A stretch of DNA of 64,000 nucleotides from an uncultured Verrucomicrobiota bacterium (lineage in GTDB: Bacteria > Verrucomicrobiota > Verrucomicrobiia > Limisphaerales > MWDV01). Below, one piece after another: positions 11,301 to 17,833 of this stretch (the stretch's first letter is position 1; each line of letters opens with the position of its first letter). The notes beneath the pieces are model-generated. The model worked only from the letters and a program-made list of their open reading frames with translations. It had not been told where the DNA came from and did no database searches. The position numbers and the translations under genes were made by a program. Location of the stretch: NCBI GenBank assembly GCA_964548925.1, contig CAZJTM010000001.1:23826-87825 (forward strand). The letters are read 5' to 3'.

Positions 11301-11582
11301 GAGTTCAACGCGAGCTTGGTCGAGTTTCGTGGTGTCGGCGCGTTGCGTGGTTGCCTCCGAGCGCCAGAGTGTGTCGGCCAAACGAAATTGCACCCACCGC
11401 TGCTCGGTGGGCGGGAGGTTAGTGAGGGCGACTTGGCGGTAAGCCTCGTGGGCCTTGGCGAACGAGCCATCAGCGCAAAGCGCCTCGGCCTCGGCTTTCA
11501 ATTTCTCGTATTCCGACGGCAGCGCCGCAGAGGCACAACAGGCGGCAGTGAGACTCAGGATGGCAATGAGGCGCAGTTTCAT
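5334..11582 (-). CDS. Alpha-2-macroglobulin family protein (bacterial A2M/MG-domain protease inhibitor) with an N-terminal helical/TPR-like region
   Basis: Thioester motif DYPYGCTEQTMSRF (CTEQ = 6996-7007). Terpenoid-cyclase-like TED repeats (GGWGWWKEGESDRWMTAYVVWGL) and long beta-rich MG-like regions. Signal peptide MKLRLIAILSLTAACCASAA from ATG 11582; the track ORF extends to TTG 11651. Contains three palindromic repeat elements in frame. Confidence 0.88.
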   Translation of the reverse strand: MKLRLIAILSLTAACCASAALPSEYEKLKAEAEALCADGSFAKAHEAYRQVALTNLPPTEQRWVQFRLADTLWRSEATTQRADTTKLDQARVELEKLVRDVQREEEKDRVWAEAQESLGDFWWTRRGQQNWGAAWPHYQQALDWWAGARDVELACDRYLAIVWRCAQPPGMARGLGYGYWGNQIPVAVLDNALKIARTDNEQARAHYLLAMALRQQGGDWARLVRVPEYFEAALKPGKATDWYDDALYHYAEWMAGQGRVIPLPDGNWRTEPDYVKALELFRRLISEFTEGETRYLRQAQQQIKSITEPQLGVSVPNIFLPDSEIEYHLNWRNVKKIELALYAADLTRDVDLARLDEKRRTDWLTSIDVGRLQRVKSWTHDSRSRGRESAETESSESHRRLTSAATDQEDYKPGNATLRLDGKLKPGAYVLEAKAGDREARELILVTDAALVLKTSGKQALVYFCNALHSAPIPNAKVRLWERWHDGNRWRTRDHTKQTGADGIAVFDLSDRSDRGLELFASATAGDRQAFSPGNSYWHRGEREAWRIYAFTDRPAYRPKETVNWKFIARRHNGSVYSTPANAVVEFEITDPRGAKVKADKATLNAFGSAWGALELTEAMPLGEYQIQFWDEGRKNSIGGATLFRLEEYKLPEFKVAVQTPEEDGKRKAFRLGETVEVTVQADYYFGGPVANASVEVLVRQNPLWLTWRKPRDFAWFYEDDESSPRRFGRWYGGGGQIVKRETLKTDATGKATLTFETPANANQDFEYRIEARVTDASRREITGSGSVRVTRQRYYVYPQAEHNLYRPQDKARVDFRAQDANEQPVVTEGTVKVTRDYWWEIWLKPDGTEVQGDELKALQAKHKIWPPPPERPDQKDWRLKFRGYRHDDILTQTPKTDAEGNATLTFTPEREGYYRFTWVGDDRPAKDGSSGRMPEAGSNERAAGILPADQTDRGGSQDSSAGKMPAARSIRAETTVWVATTTTTELGYRHGGVEIIADKDTFRVGSEAPVMLVANSPDRYVLFTVEGEDLYHHRLVHMDGPVKLLDLFVDEKYVPNVFLGATLVSDRQIFTDTKQVIVPPTKNFLTVEVKPDKAQYQPRDEATLTVTTKNDEGKPVSAEVSLGLVDESVFYIQSDYAGDPRQFYYGEKRALQVQTQATMNQKGYAKLLLGDKDELYDEQDKASRDRRLREEAAYADGDSSLSQVDPTTGIPLASIGSFREQGYGLGGAALPPTDVLAAFRRRGGIAMNELMAVPESAPMAFGAEFRADKAKIAAEMPIQPSGQEPAVQVRTDFRATVFWQPDVKTDASGKATVKVKYPDSLTGWKATARAVSQASQFGIASATTRTKQPLIVRLQAPRFFVVGDTVTISAVVNNNTDEALEVRVALDASGLVVGQASRLSPSEKNPKKSESGGTPDLRVNVPANGEARADWLCEVKQPGEVKLKVTGRGGQYADAMEKTFISHEHGIEKFIAKSGKVRGNDITVKLDLPKERKAGSTSLTVQVTPSLAVTMLDALPYLADYPYGCTEQTMSRFLPAVITAKTLRDLGLDPEDVMGRVFGGIETNTAAATHPKGKKNLAELDKMTQAGLERLYDFQHGDGGWGWWKEGESDRWMTAYVVWGLALARDAGLKVKDDALNRGRDFLVKTLVEEEANFDMQAFMLHALAVCYAPSKDALQIAAIVKAADNLWSNREQLNAYTRALFALAAHHLGQTDRAKTLIENLENGVKRDDRPDTSVLIAGQPENAGVMGTAHWGEDGLWWRWSDGGVEATAFALRALLAIDPQNKLIEPVANWLIKNRRGAQWSNTRDTAIVVLALNDYLRVSGELKPELEYEVLVNGKSIARRKVSGAEVFSAPSRFTVDPTDLTDQPNVRIVRRSGSAPIYFAVEARFFSLEEPITPTGNEIFVKREYFKLVGRPTLLKGYVYDREPLRDGESVRSGERVETVLTIEGKNNYEYLVFEDLKPAGFEAVEVRSGQALYARELKSGAVDRRGGGGAVFDRSDRSGQQDFTGRQRWVYQELRDRKVALFVDKLPEGVWKIRYDLRAEVPGRFHALPVLGHAMYVPEIRCNGAELRVRVDETK
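7328..7403. repeat. Family-A palindromic hairpin element (arms GTAGG(A/T)CAGGC-N5-GCCTG(T/A)C) inside the A2M CDS
   Basis: Left arm gtaggtcaggcgtcccgcctgactc (7328-7352) and right arm ggagacaggcgggacgcctgtcctac (7378-7403) are inverted copies with compensatory changes. Translated in frame as ...VVGQASRLSPSEKNPKKSESGGTPDLRVN... Confidence 0.85.
8681..8792. repeat. Family-B cluster of three mini-hairpins (CTGCCGGCA-N3-TGCCGGCAG type) inside the A2M CDS
   Basis: Perfect stems: ctgccggca/tgccggcag (8681-8701), ctgcgggca/tgcccgcag (8735-8755) and tctggca/tgccaga (8776-8792). Translated as ...GRMPEAGSNERAAGILPADQTDRGGSQDSSAGKMPAARS... Confidence 0.85.
10366..10435. repeat. Family-C palindromic hairpin element (arms GTAGCCGC(G/C)GACGT(G/C)AGTC(C/G)GCGG) inside the A2M CDS
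   Basis: gtagccgccgacgtcagtcggcggtggc (10366-10393) and gtttccgcggactcacgtccgcggctac (10408-10435) are inverted copies, and each arm is itself a small palindrome. Translated as ...SRGRESAETESSESHRRLTSAATD... Confidence 0.8.
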
Positions 11583-11651
11583 AATGACGATCCGTTGGAC
11601 GGCGATGCGATGAAATTGCTCCGCGCCGGCGACGCTGGCGAGCGGATTCAA

Positions 11652-11807
11652 TGTAGGACAGGCGTCCCGCCTGTCTTAGACTTCAAGAAAGCCGCCCCAC
11701 CCATCACAGGCACGATGCAGACGGGCAGAGCCCGAACCCAAGGCGAGGAGAGTTGTGCGGTGAGAGAAAGGATAGGAATACAGAGGCAGGCTGGAAGCCT
11801 GTCCTAC
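11652..11807. repeat. Family-A palindromic element, intergenic (between the response regulator and A2M genes)
   Basis: tgtaggacaggcgtcccgcctgtct (11652-11676) and agaggcaggctggaagcctgtcctac (11782-11807) are inverted arms around a loop of about 105 nt. Confidence 0.8.
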
Positions 11808-11833
11808 GGGAGGGCTGCGGCCAGGACGGCCGC

Positions 11834-12253
11834 TCAGGCCGCCGGTTTTGACGCAGAGTCCTTCGCGTCCAACGTACGGGCGACGACCTTCAGCAGTTCC
11901 GCGTTATCCACCGGCTTGCGGAAGAAGGCCACCGCGCCGGCGGCCTTGGCCCGGTCCTCGTATTTCGGCGATTCTTCGCCGGTGATGATGATGACGGGCT
12001 TTGGCTTCTGCGTGTCCTGCCACAACCGTTCGAGCCATTGCATGACCGTGAAACCGTCCCACGTCATGTTGATGTCCGCCGGGAAGTTTATGTCCAGAAT
12101 CAGCAGGTCGGGATCGTGTTCGCGCACGACCTTGAACGCCGAACTGGCGTCCTCGGCTTCCAGCACCTCATACCCCGCGGACTTCAGCTTCAGCGCCAGG
12201 CCTTTGACGATGACGGGGTTGTCATCCACCACGAGAATCTTTTTGGTGCTCAT
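11834..12253 (-). CDS. Stand-alone response regulator receiver (CheY-like)
   Basis: 139 aa. ILVVDDNP acidic pair, LLILDINFP phospho-acceptor Asp, VIIITGE Thr and FFRKPV Lys. No output domain. Confidence 0.88.
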   Translation of the reverse strand: MSTKKILVVDDNPVIVKGLALKLKSAGYEVLEAEDASSAFKVVREHDPDLLILDINFPADINMTWDGFTVMQWLERLWQDTQKPKPVIIITGEESPKYEDRAKAAGAVAFFRKPVDNAELLKVVARTLDAKDSASKPAA

Positions 12254-12371
12254 AAACGGCGTTCCAATGCTCGGTCGCTCCGGGCATTGCTATACTCAAA
12301 TTCAGGTCGCCATGCAAACAGGATTTCCGCAGAATCCGGTCCGCGCAACCGGCGCGGAGCAATGCCGACCC

Positions 12372-13112
12372 ATGCCCAGTCCGTTTTATGATCCCGGCGA
12401 ACAGCGCGCCGCGAAGGTCAACGACCTCTTTGCGGCCATCGCCCCCCATTACGACCGGCTGAACGATCTCCAGAGCGCCGGCCTGCACCGGCTATGGAAG
12501 CGCCGCTTGGTCCGCTGGGCGAACGTCAGACCCGGCGCCCGGGCGCTGGATGTGTGTTGCGGCACGGGCGACATCGCGCTGCGCCTGGCGCGGGCGGGGG
12601 CGGAGGTGACCGGGTTGGATTTCAGCGAGGCCATGCTGGCGGTGGCGCGGGGAAAAATCCGGAATCCGGAATCCGGAATCCGAAATCTCCGGTTCGTTCA
12701 CGGCGATGCACAAGCACTGCCGTTCGGCGACGCCGAGTTTGATGTCGTCACGGTGGGATACGGGTTGCGAAACCTGGCAAGCTGGGAAGCTGGGTTGCGT
12801 GAGATGGCACGCGTGGCGGGGCCGGGCGGGCGGGTGCTCGTGCTGGATTTCGGCAAGCCGGCGAACCCCGTGCTGCGGGCGCTCTACTTTGCGCACTTGC
12901 GGCTGATGGTTCCGTTGTTGGGGCGGATCTTCGCCGGCAGTGCCGAGGCCTACGCCTACATCCTCGACTCCTTGAAACACTACCCAGCGCAAGCCGGCGT
13001 GGCGGCAAAGCTGGCGGAACTGGGGCTCATCGAGGTGCGGACGCTGAATCTCGTGGGCGGCGCGATGAGCCTGCACCGGGCGGTGAAACGGGGAGCGTGT
13101 GCGGCCGGGTAA
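12372..13112 (+). CDS. ubiE: Demethylmenaquinone/ubiquinone C-methyltransferase (UbiE/MenG)
   Basis: KVNDLFAAIAPHYDRLNDLQSAGLHRLWKR N-terminus, SAM motif I LDVCCGTGD, FGLRN-type YGLRNLASWE, and LVLDFGKP. This is the C-terminal part of the chimeric track ORF 10443-13112. ATG at 12372. Confidence 0.88.
   Translation: MPSPFYDPGEQRAAKVNDLFAAIAPHYDRLNDLQSAGLHRLWKRRLVRWANVRPGARALDVCCGTGDIALRLARAGAEVTGLDFSEAMLAVARGKIRNPESGIRNLRFVHGDAQALPFGDAEFDVVTVGYGLRNLASWEAGLREMARVAGPGGRVLVLDFGKPANPVLRALYFAHLRLMVPLLGRIFAGSAEAYAYILDSLKHYPAQAGVAAKLAELGLIEVRTLNLVGGAMSLHRAVKRGACAAG
12654..12688. repeat. Heptanucleotide tandem array (about 5 x GGAATCC) inside ubiE
   Basis: aaaatcc|ggaatcc|ggaatcc|ggaatcc|gaaatct. 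Translated as KIRNPESGIRNL. Confidence 0.85.
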
Positions 13113-13131
13113 CGGCGACGGGGCATCGCGG

Positions 13132-14103
13132 CTACGGGCCGCTGGCGGCGGCGGTGAGGCGGATGATTTCGCGCAGCGGCGTGCGCGGACGGAAGCCGGT
13201 GAACCGCGCCAGCTTGGTCACCCGTGGCTTGCGGCGGCGCATGTCCTCGAACCCGGGGGCGTAGGCTTGGGCATACGGCACGAACTGAATGCGGGATGCT
13301 GAGCCGACACTGGCAATCACCCGCTTGGCCAGGTCGCGCATCGAGATTTCCTGCGTCCCGCCGATGTTGAAGACCTGCCCTCGGGCCTTGGCGCAGTGCT
13401 GCAATCGAACCAGCGCCTCCACCGTGTCGGACACGCAACAGAAGCAGCGGGTCTGGCGTCCATCCCCATACACGCGCAACGGCTGGCCGGCTTTGGCGGC
13501 CGCGATGAACCGCGGCAGCACCATGCCGTAGCGGCCGGTTTGGCGCGGGCCGACGGTGTTGAAGAGCCGCGCAATCACCACGGGCAGGCCGCGTTCCTGC
13601 GCGTAGGCCAGCGCCAGAAACTCATCCATCAGCTTCGAGCACGCGTAACTCCAGCGGGCGTGCGTCGGGGGGCCGATGAGCAGATCGTCCTCCTCCGAGA
13701 ATTCGTGTTTCGCGCTCTTGCCATAGACCTCGGAGGTGGAAGTCAGCAACACGGGCACGCGATGCGGCGCAGCGGCTTCGAGCAGGACCTCGGTCTCGCG
13801 CAGGTTCGTGGCGCAAACGTGGATGGGCTGCTTGACGACCAGTTCCACCCCCACGGCGGCGGCGAGGTGATAGATGGACTCCGCCCGCGCCGCGAGTTTC
13901 GGCAGTTCGCGGCACTCCGAAATCTTCGAGCGGATGAACCGCAGTTGCGGATGCCGCGCCACAGCCCGCAGATTGGACCGGCTGCCCGTGGACAAATCAT
14001 CAATCGCGACCACCGTCTGGCCGTCGGCGAGCAGGCGTTCGACAAGGTGCGAGCCGATAAAACCGGCGCCGCCGGTGACGAGGATGTGTTGGTTTCGGTT
14101 CAT
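13132..14103 (-). CDS. NAD-dependent sugar-nucleotide epimerase/dehydratase (SDR family)
   Basis: ILVTGGAGFIGSHLVERLL Rossmann motif and catalytic YACSK (YxxxK). ATG 14103 (MNRNQH...) is preferred over the track start 14217. The ATGA overlaps the stop of the upstream amidase gene. Confidence 0.85.
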   Translation of the reverse strand: MNRNQHILVTGGAGFIGSHLVERLLADGQTVVAIDDLSTGSRSNLRAVARHPQLRFIRSKISECRELPKLAARAESIYHLAAAVGVELVVKQPIHVCATNLRETEVLLEAAAPHRVPVLLTSTSEVYGKSAKHEFSEEDDLLIGPPTHARWSYACSKLMDEFLALAYAQERGLPVVIARLFNTVGPRQTGRYGMVLPRFIAAAKAGQPLRVYGDGRQTRCFCCVSDTVEALVRLQHCAKARGQVFNIGGTQEISMRDLAKRVIASVGSASRIQFVPYAQAYAPGFEDMRRRKPRVTKLARFTGFRPRTPLREIIRLTAAASGP

Positions 14104-15254
14104 TTCAAAGCGTCCGCGATTGCTTCGGCCAGGCGTTGGCGAAACTTCCAGTCCGCGATGCGTTGGGCCTCCTTCGGGTTCGAGAGATAGCCGCCTTCCA
14201 CCAACGCCGCCGGACATCGTTGGCCTTGGAGCACGGTCATGAACCGCGCCCGCCGCACCCCGCGATCCGTCTGGCCGGTGGCGCGCAGGATCGCCCGATG
14301 CAGTTGCAGGGCAAACTGAATGTTGCCTTCGTCAAACGCATTGCCCGGCAGCAACAGACCCGGATCATCCGCGTAGCCGCGGGTCAGCGTCGAGGGCATG
14401 CCCGCGGGTGTGAGACAGTAAGTTTCAAGCCCTTCCTGCTCCCCGCTGTTGCCGTTGCCGCCGGCGGAATTGAAATGCAGGCTCAAGAACAAGTCCGCCG
14501 CGTGTTGTTCCGCGACCGCGACGCGGTCGGTCAGCGGCACGTCGGTGTCGTTGGTGCGCGTGAGAAAGACCTGCCAGCCGCGGGCCGCCAGGAGTTGGCC
14601 GAGCCGGAAGGCACAATCGAGCGTGTAGTCCTTTTCCCACGCGCCGCTGTGGGCGCTGCGCGCTCCGGGACTCGCGCCGCCGTGTCCGGGGTCGAGGACG
14701 ATGGTTCGCCGCCGGCCCTCCGGTGGCGGGGCGAAACCGCGCAACAGGGGTTCAATGTTTTTGCGCAGATCCAGCGTCCGCACCCACACGTCGCCGCCGA
14801 TCAGTTGCGGCGTGAACCCGAGGCGGAATTCCACGCCGTCCCACCAGGCCGAGTGGCTGCCGATTTGCAGCAGCAGGATGCCGCCGGGCGCCAACAGACT
14901 GTGGGTAGTCACCGGCGAAACCGCCAGACACCTCAGGGGCGACAGCCCGCGCTCGGTCGCCCATCGCGTCAGTGAAGCCCAGGTGGCCTCGGGCGCGGGC
15001 GCCGGTGTGGGCGCGGGCAGGACGGGGGCGACCGGTCGCTCGACGGGCGGAGGTTCGGATGGCGTGGGCGCGGGGAGTGGTGTCGTCGCGAGCGGCGGCC
15101 AATCCAACGGATGGCGTCGGGGCGGGTCGCGCGGCGCTGTGGTGCAGCCTGCCAGCACGACGAGCAGGCAAACCAGGATTCGCACCGTCGTCAACACGCG
15201 GCCATTGTGGCGGGAAATCCGGAATCGGAAAGCGGAAAGCACGTTCGCCGTCAT
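14100..15254 (-). CDS. N-acetylmuramoyl-L-alanine amidase (Amidase_3, AmiC-like), probable lipoprotein
   Basis: IVLDPGHGGASPGA...DLFLSLHFNSAGG zinc-amidase motifs. The probable start MTANVLSAFRFRISRHNGRVLTTVRILVCLLVVLAGC (ATG 15254) has a lipobox-like LAGC. The 564-aa track ORF extension upstream looks non-coding. Confidence 0.8.
   Translation of the reverse strand: MTANVLSAFRFRISRHNGRVLTTVRILVCLLVVLAGCTTAPRDPPRRHPLDWPPLATTPLPAPTPSEPPPVERPVAPVLPAPTPAPAPEATWASLTRWATERGLSPLRCLAVSPVTTHSLLAPGGILLLQIGSHSAWWDGVEFRLGFTPQLIGGDVWVRTLDLRKNIEPLLRGFAPPPEGRRRTIVLDPGHGGASPGARSAHSGAWEKDYTLDCAFRLGQLLAARGWQVFLTRTNDTDVPLTDRVAVAEQHAADLFLSLHFNSAGGNGNSGEQEGLETYCLTPAGMPSTLTRGYADDPGLLLPGNAFDEGNIQFALQLHRAILRATGQTDRGVRRARFMTVLQGQRCPAALVEGGYLSNPKEAQRIADWKFRQRLAEAIADALK
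15213..15240. repeat. Heptanucleotide tandem array (4 units, GGAA(A/T)(T/G)C type) at the amidase 5' end
   Basis: ggaaatc|cggaatc|ggaaagc|ggaaagc. Translated (minus strand) as SAFRFRISR. Confidence 0.7.
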
Positions 15255-15316
15255 CGCCACGTTGACGCCGCTGGAGCGCGGCGTGCCGCCACTGATCCGC
15301 CATGGGTCAAGCAGAG

Positions 15317-17029
15317 TCACGCCACGCGCAGCCAGACGGTTTTGAGGTACGCCGGCTCGGCGCGTGAAATCGGGAAATCTGGAGGTTGCGGCACGTAATG
15401 TTGTTGCGCGATTTGCCGGTCGGCTCCGCGGATAGCGTCGCTCACCACGGCGAGGAAGTCTTCCGGCGGCCACTGGGCGGCATTCGTGGAAGCGAACAGC
15501 ACCCCGCCTCGATCCAAGACCGCCAGCGCCGCCGTGACCAATCGCCCGTAGTCCTTCTCCGCGCGGAACACGCCGCCTTCCTTGGACTGCGAAAACGTGG
15601 GGGGGTCGAGCAGGACGGCGTTGAACGCGCGCCCCTTCTTCGCCAGCCGCCGCAGCCAGTCGAACGCATCGCCATAGATGAAATCGTGGGCCGCCGGGTT
15701 CAGCCCGTTCAAGGCGAAGTTCCGCTGGCCCCACTCCAGATACTTTTTTGAGAGGTCCAGGCTCGTCGTTCGCGCCCCGCCCAGCGCCGCGCAAACCGAG
15801 AAGCCGCAGGTGTAGGCGAAGCAGTTTAGCACCGTAGGACAGGCTTCCAGCCTGTCTCCATTCTCCTTTCGATCTGTGAGGTCGGAAGTTGGAGACAGGC
15901 TGGAAGCCTTTCCTACGAAGAGTGGAAAACCTGCCGCCACATGGCCAGTCAACAATCGCCGCCGGTTGTCGCGCTGGTCCAAGAACAGGCCAACCGATTG
16001 TCCCTCATTGAAGCTCGACTCAAACTTCACGCCATTCTCGCGGACGATGAACCGCTCCGGGGCAGGCTCGTGGAATACATGCCGGATCGTTTCCGTTTGC
16101 GGGTCTTTCGAAGCGGAATCTTTGGTGCGTCGCCGGAGATATGCTCCTTGCAGCCCGAAGGCGCGGACGGGATCATTCAGCAGACCCACCTGATCCCTGT
16201 CGCTCAAATCCAAATCGTTTTCGGCTAACAGCCAGTCTCCCAACCGATCCGCGTAGAACTGCGGATGCCCGTCGGCGGCACCATGCCGGAGGCGGCAACA
16301 GTCCGTCACTTCCGGGTCAATGATCGCCCGGCGCAGCGTATCGGCGGGAAGCTCGAAGAAACTCACCTTGGCCTCGAAACAGACGCGCTCCTGACGGGCG
16401 GGATGCTTGAAAGCCAGCCGGGCGGCGTGAAGACACAGCCGGGGCGCTCGAACCAGATCGCAAGGCGAATCGTCACCATACAACTTGTCTCCGAGCACGG
16501 GCACGCCTTCCTTTGCGGCATGGACACGAATCTGGTGGGTCCGCCCGGTCATCGGCTTGGCCTCGATCCAAATGTGGTCGCGGTTGCGACGAAGCACCCG
16601 GAAGTGAGTTTCGGCCGGCACGCCTCCCGAGTCGCCTTCCTCGGCTTTGTAATGGTCACCAACGCGCTGAATAGCCGAGCGGACCACCCAGGCATCCCGC
16701 GCGACCGCGTGCCGGGTCAGGAAGACATACACCTTTTCCACTTCGCGACGCGTGAATTGCTCCGTCAGCGAGCGGTTGGCCAGCGGCGTCTTGCCGAAGA
16801 CCATCACTCCGCTGGTGTCCTTGTCGAGCCGGTGGAGGATGGCGAGATTGGCCCAGCGCGGCTCGCGGTGCTTCAGCCAGTCGTAGAGGCCTTCGCCGGC
16901 AAACGGCGACGGCGCGTGCGTGTTCCAGCCGGGCGGCTTGTTGACGACCAACAGGTGCTCGTCCTCGAAGAGAACGCACGGCGGCACTTGGTCCCACGGA
17001 CGCTGCTGCACCGACTCCTTCATCTTCAT
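15317..17029 (-). CDS. Fusion protein: RluA-family pseudouridine synthase (N-terminal) + RlmI-like class I SAM-dependent RNA methyltransferase (C-terminal)
   Basis: N-terminal half: LLVVNKPPGWNTH, HRLDKDTSGVMVFGKT (catalytic Asp motif) and GRTHQIRVH. C-terminal half: GLFLDQRDNR, VLNCFAYTCGFSVCAA (SAM motif I) and AVLLDPPTF. Single uninterrupted 570-aa ORF. Confidence 0.85.
   Translation of the reverse strand: MKMKESVQQRPWDQVPPCVLFEDEHLLVVNKPPGWNTHAPSPFAGEGLYDWLKHREPRWANLAILHRLDKDTSGVMVFGKTPLANRSLTEQFTRREVEKVYVFLTRHAVARDAWVVRSAIQRVGDHYKAEEGDSGGVPAETHFRVLRRNRDHIWIEAKPMTGRTHQIRVHAAKEGVPVLGDKLYGDDSPCDLVRAPRLCLHAARLAFKHPARQERVCFEAKVSFFELPADTLRRAIIDPEVTDCCRLRHGAADGHPQFYADRLGDWLLAENDLDLSDRDQVGLLNDPVRAFGLQGAYLRRRTKDSASKDPQTETIRHVFHEPAPERFIVRENGVKFESSFNEGQSVGLFLDQRDNRRRLLTGHVAAGFPLFVGKASSLSPTSDLTDRKENGDRLEACPTVLNCFAYTCGFSVCAALGGARTTSLDLSKKYLEWGQRNFALNGLNPAAHDFIYGDAFDWLRRLAKKGRAFNAVLLDPPTFSQSKEGGVFRAEKDYGRLVTAALAVLDRGGVLFASTNAAQWPPEDFLAVVSDAIRGADRQIAQQHYVPQPPDFPISRAEPAYLKTVWLRVA
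15834..15916. repeat. Family-A palindromic hairpin element inside the RluA-methyltransferase CDS
   Basis: gtaggacaggcttccagcctgtctcc (15834-15859) and ggagacaggctggaagcctttcctac (15891-15916) are inverted arms with one mismatch. Translated as ...GKASSLSPTSDLTDRKENGDRLEACPT... immediately before SAM motif I. Confidence 0.9.
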
Positions 17030-17099
17030 CTGGCTCTTACTCGTAATCGCCGGTCCGCGGAGATTAAGATGACGATGAAGAGTAAGATCAAGAACTGCA

Positions 17100-17780
17100 T
17101 CACCAGAAGCCCCACGCGCCTTTCCAGACGATGTAGATCCCGAGGATGAAGTTCGTGATCGCGTGCGCGGTCATGGCGTCGCCGAGCCGGTTCTTGCGCA
17201 GCACGAGCCATTGATACGCCAGCCCGCACAGGATGCCCGCGAGCCATTCGTAGTGGACCAGACCAAACAGCAGCGAGGTCACCACCCATGACAGCGGATG
17301 GCGATGGTTCAACGGCAGACTCTGGAAATCCGTCCGGACGAAATAGCGGTAGAGGAACGAGCGATAGAACATCTCCTCCAAGGGCGGCACGACGAGGGAC
17401 GAGCCTAGAATCCGCGCCACGACGAAGAACCAAGCCAGTGCCGACCCCTCGCCAAATTGGGTGTTTGGATTCCACGGGCCGCCGCCCGGCTCAAAGAACA
17501 GGTGGTTCTTGGGCACGTAAGGGTCAATTCCCACCCAAATGAGAAAGATGCCGATGCCGACCCCCACCGCTTCCCAACTGAACGCCCACCGCAACTCGGC
17601 GACGATGGGGCGCAACTCCCAGATCAGCCAAGCGCCCACCAGCGTCTTGGCGACGTAAATCCAGTAACGCAAATCCTCGCCCAGCATGTCTTGCGCGGTG
17701 GTGAGGATCAGGAAAATGATGAACGGCGCCACGCGCGCGAAGGCGGGCGAAGTCTGGAGCTTCTTGCGGAATTCGTTCAT
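17100..17780 (-). CDS. CPBP-family intramembrane metalloprotease (CAAX protease/Abi)
   Basis: Polytopic membrane protein with EEMFYRSFLYRYF (EExxxR), FGLVH and HAITNF motifs. Confidence 0.8.
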   Translation of the reverse strand: MNEFRKKLQTSPAFARVAPFIIFLILTTAQDMLGEDLRYWIYVAKTLVGAWLIWELRPIVAELRWAFSWEAVGVGIGIFLIWVGIDPYVPKNHLFFEPGGGPWNPNTQFGEGSALAWFFVVARILGSSLVVPPLEEMFYRSFLYRYFVRTDFQSLPLNHRHPLSWVVTSLLFGLVHYEWLAGILCGLAYQWLVLRKNRLGDAMTAHAITNFILGIYIVWKGAWGFW

Positions 17781-17833
17781 GAGGGTGGAGTTTCGGGCTG
17801 GCTCAGTCTGGGGCGTGGGGGGGCAGTGGACAT

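Noticed and set aside
11583-11651. Longer A2M start at TTG 11651
   Set aside because: ATG 11582 gives a clean signal peptide (MKLRLIAILSLTAACCASAA). The extra 23 residues are hydrophilic and abut the intergenic repeat.
10443-12371. N-terminal two-thirds of the 889-aa track ORF 10443-13112
   Set aside because: It is an open frame running antisense through the A2M 5' end, the intergenic repeat and the response regulator gene. Only the last 246 codons (from ATG 12372) look like UbiE.
15255-15794. N-terminal 180-aa extension of the amidase ORF (track 14100-15794)
   Set aside because: The extension is Arg/Gly/Ala/Pro-rich and overlaps the 3' end of the RluA-methyltransferase gene on the same strand in another frame. 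The Met at 15254 gives a lipoprotein signal sequence.
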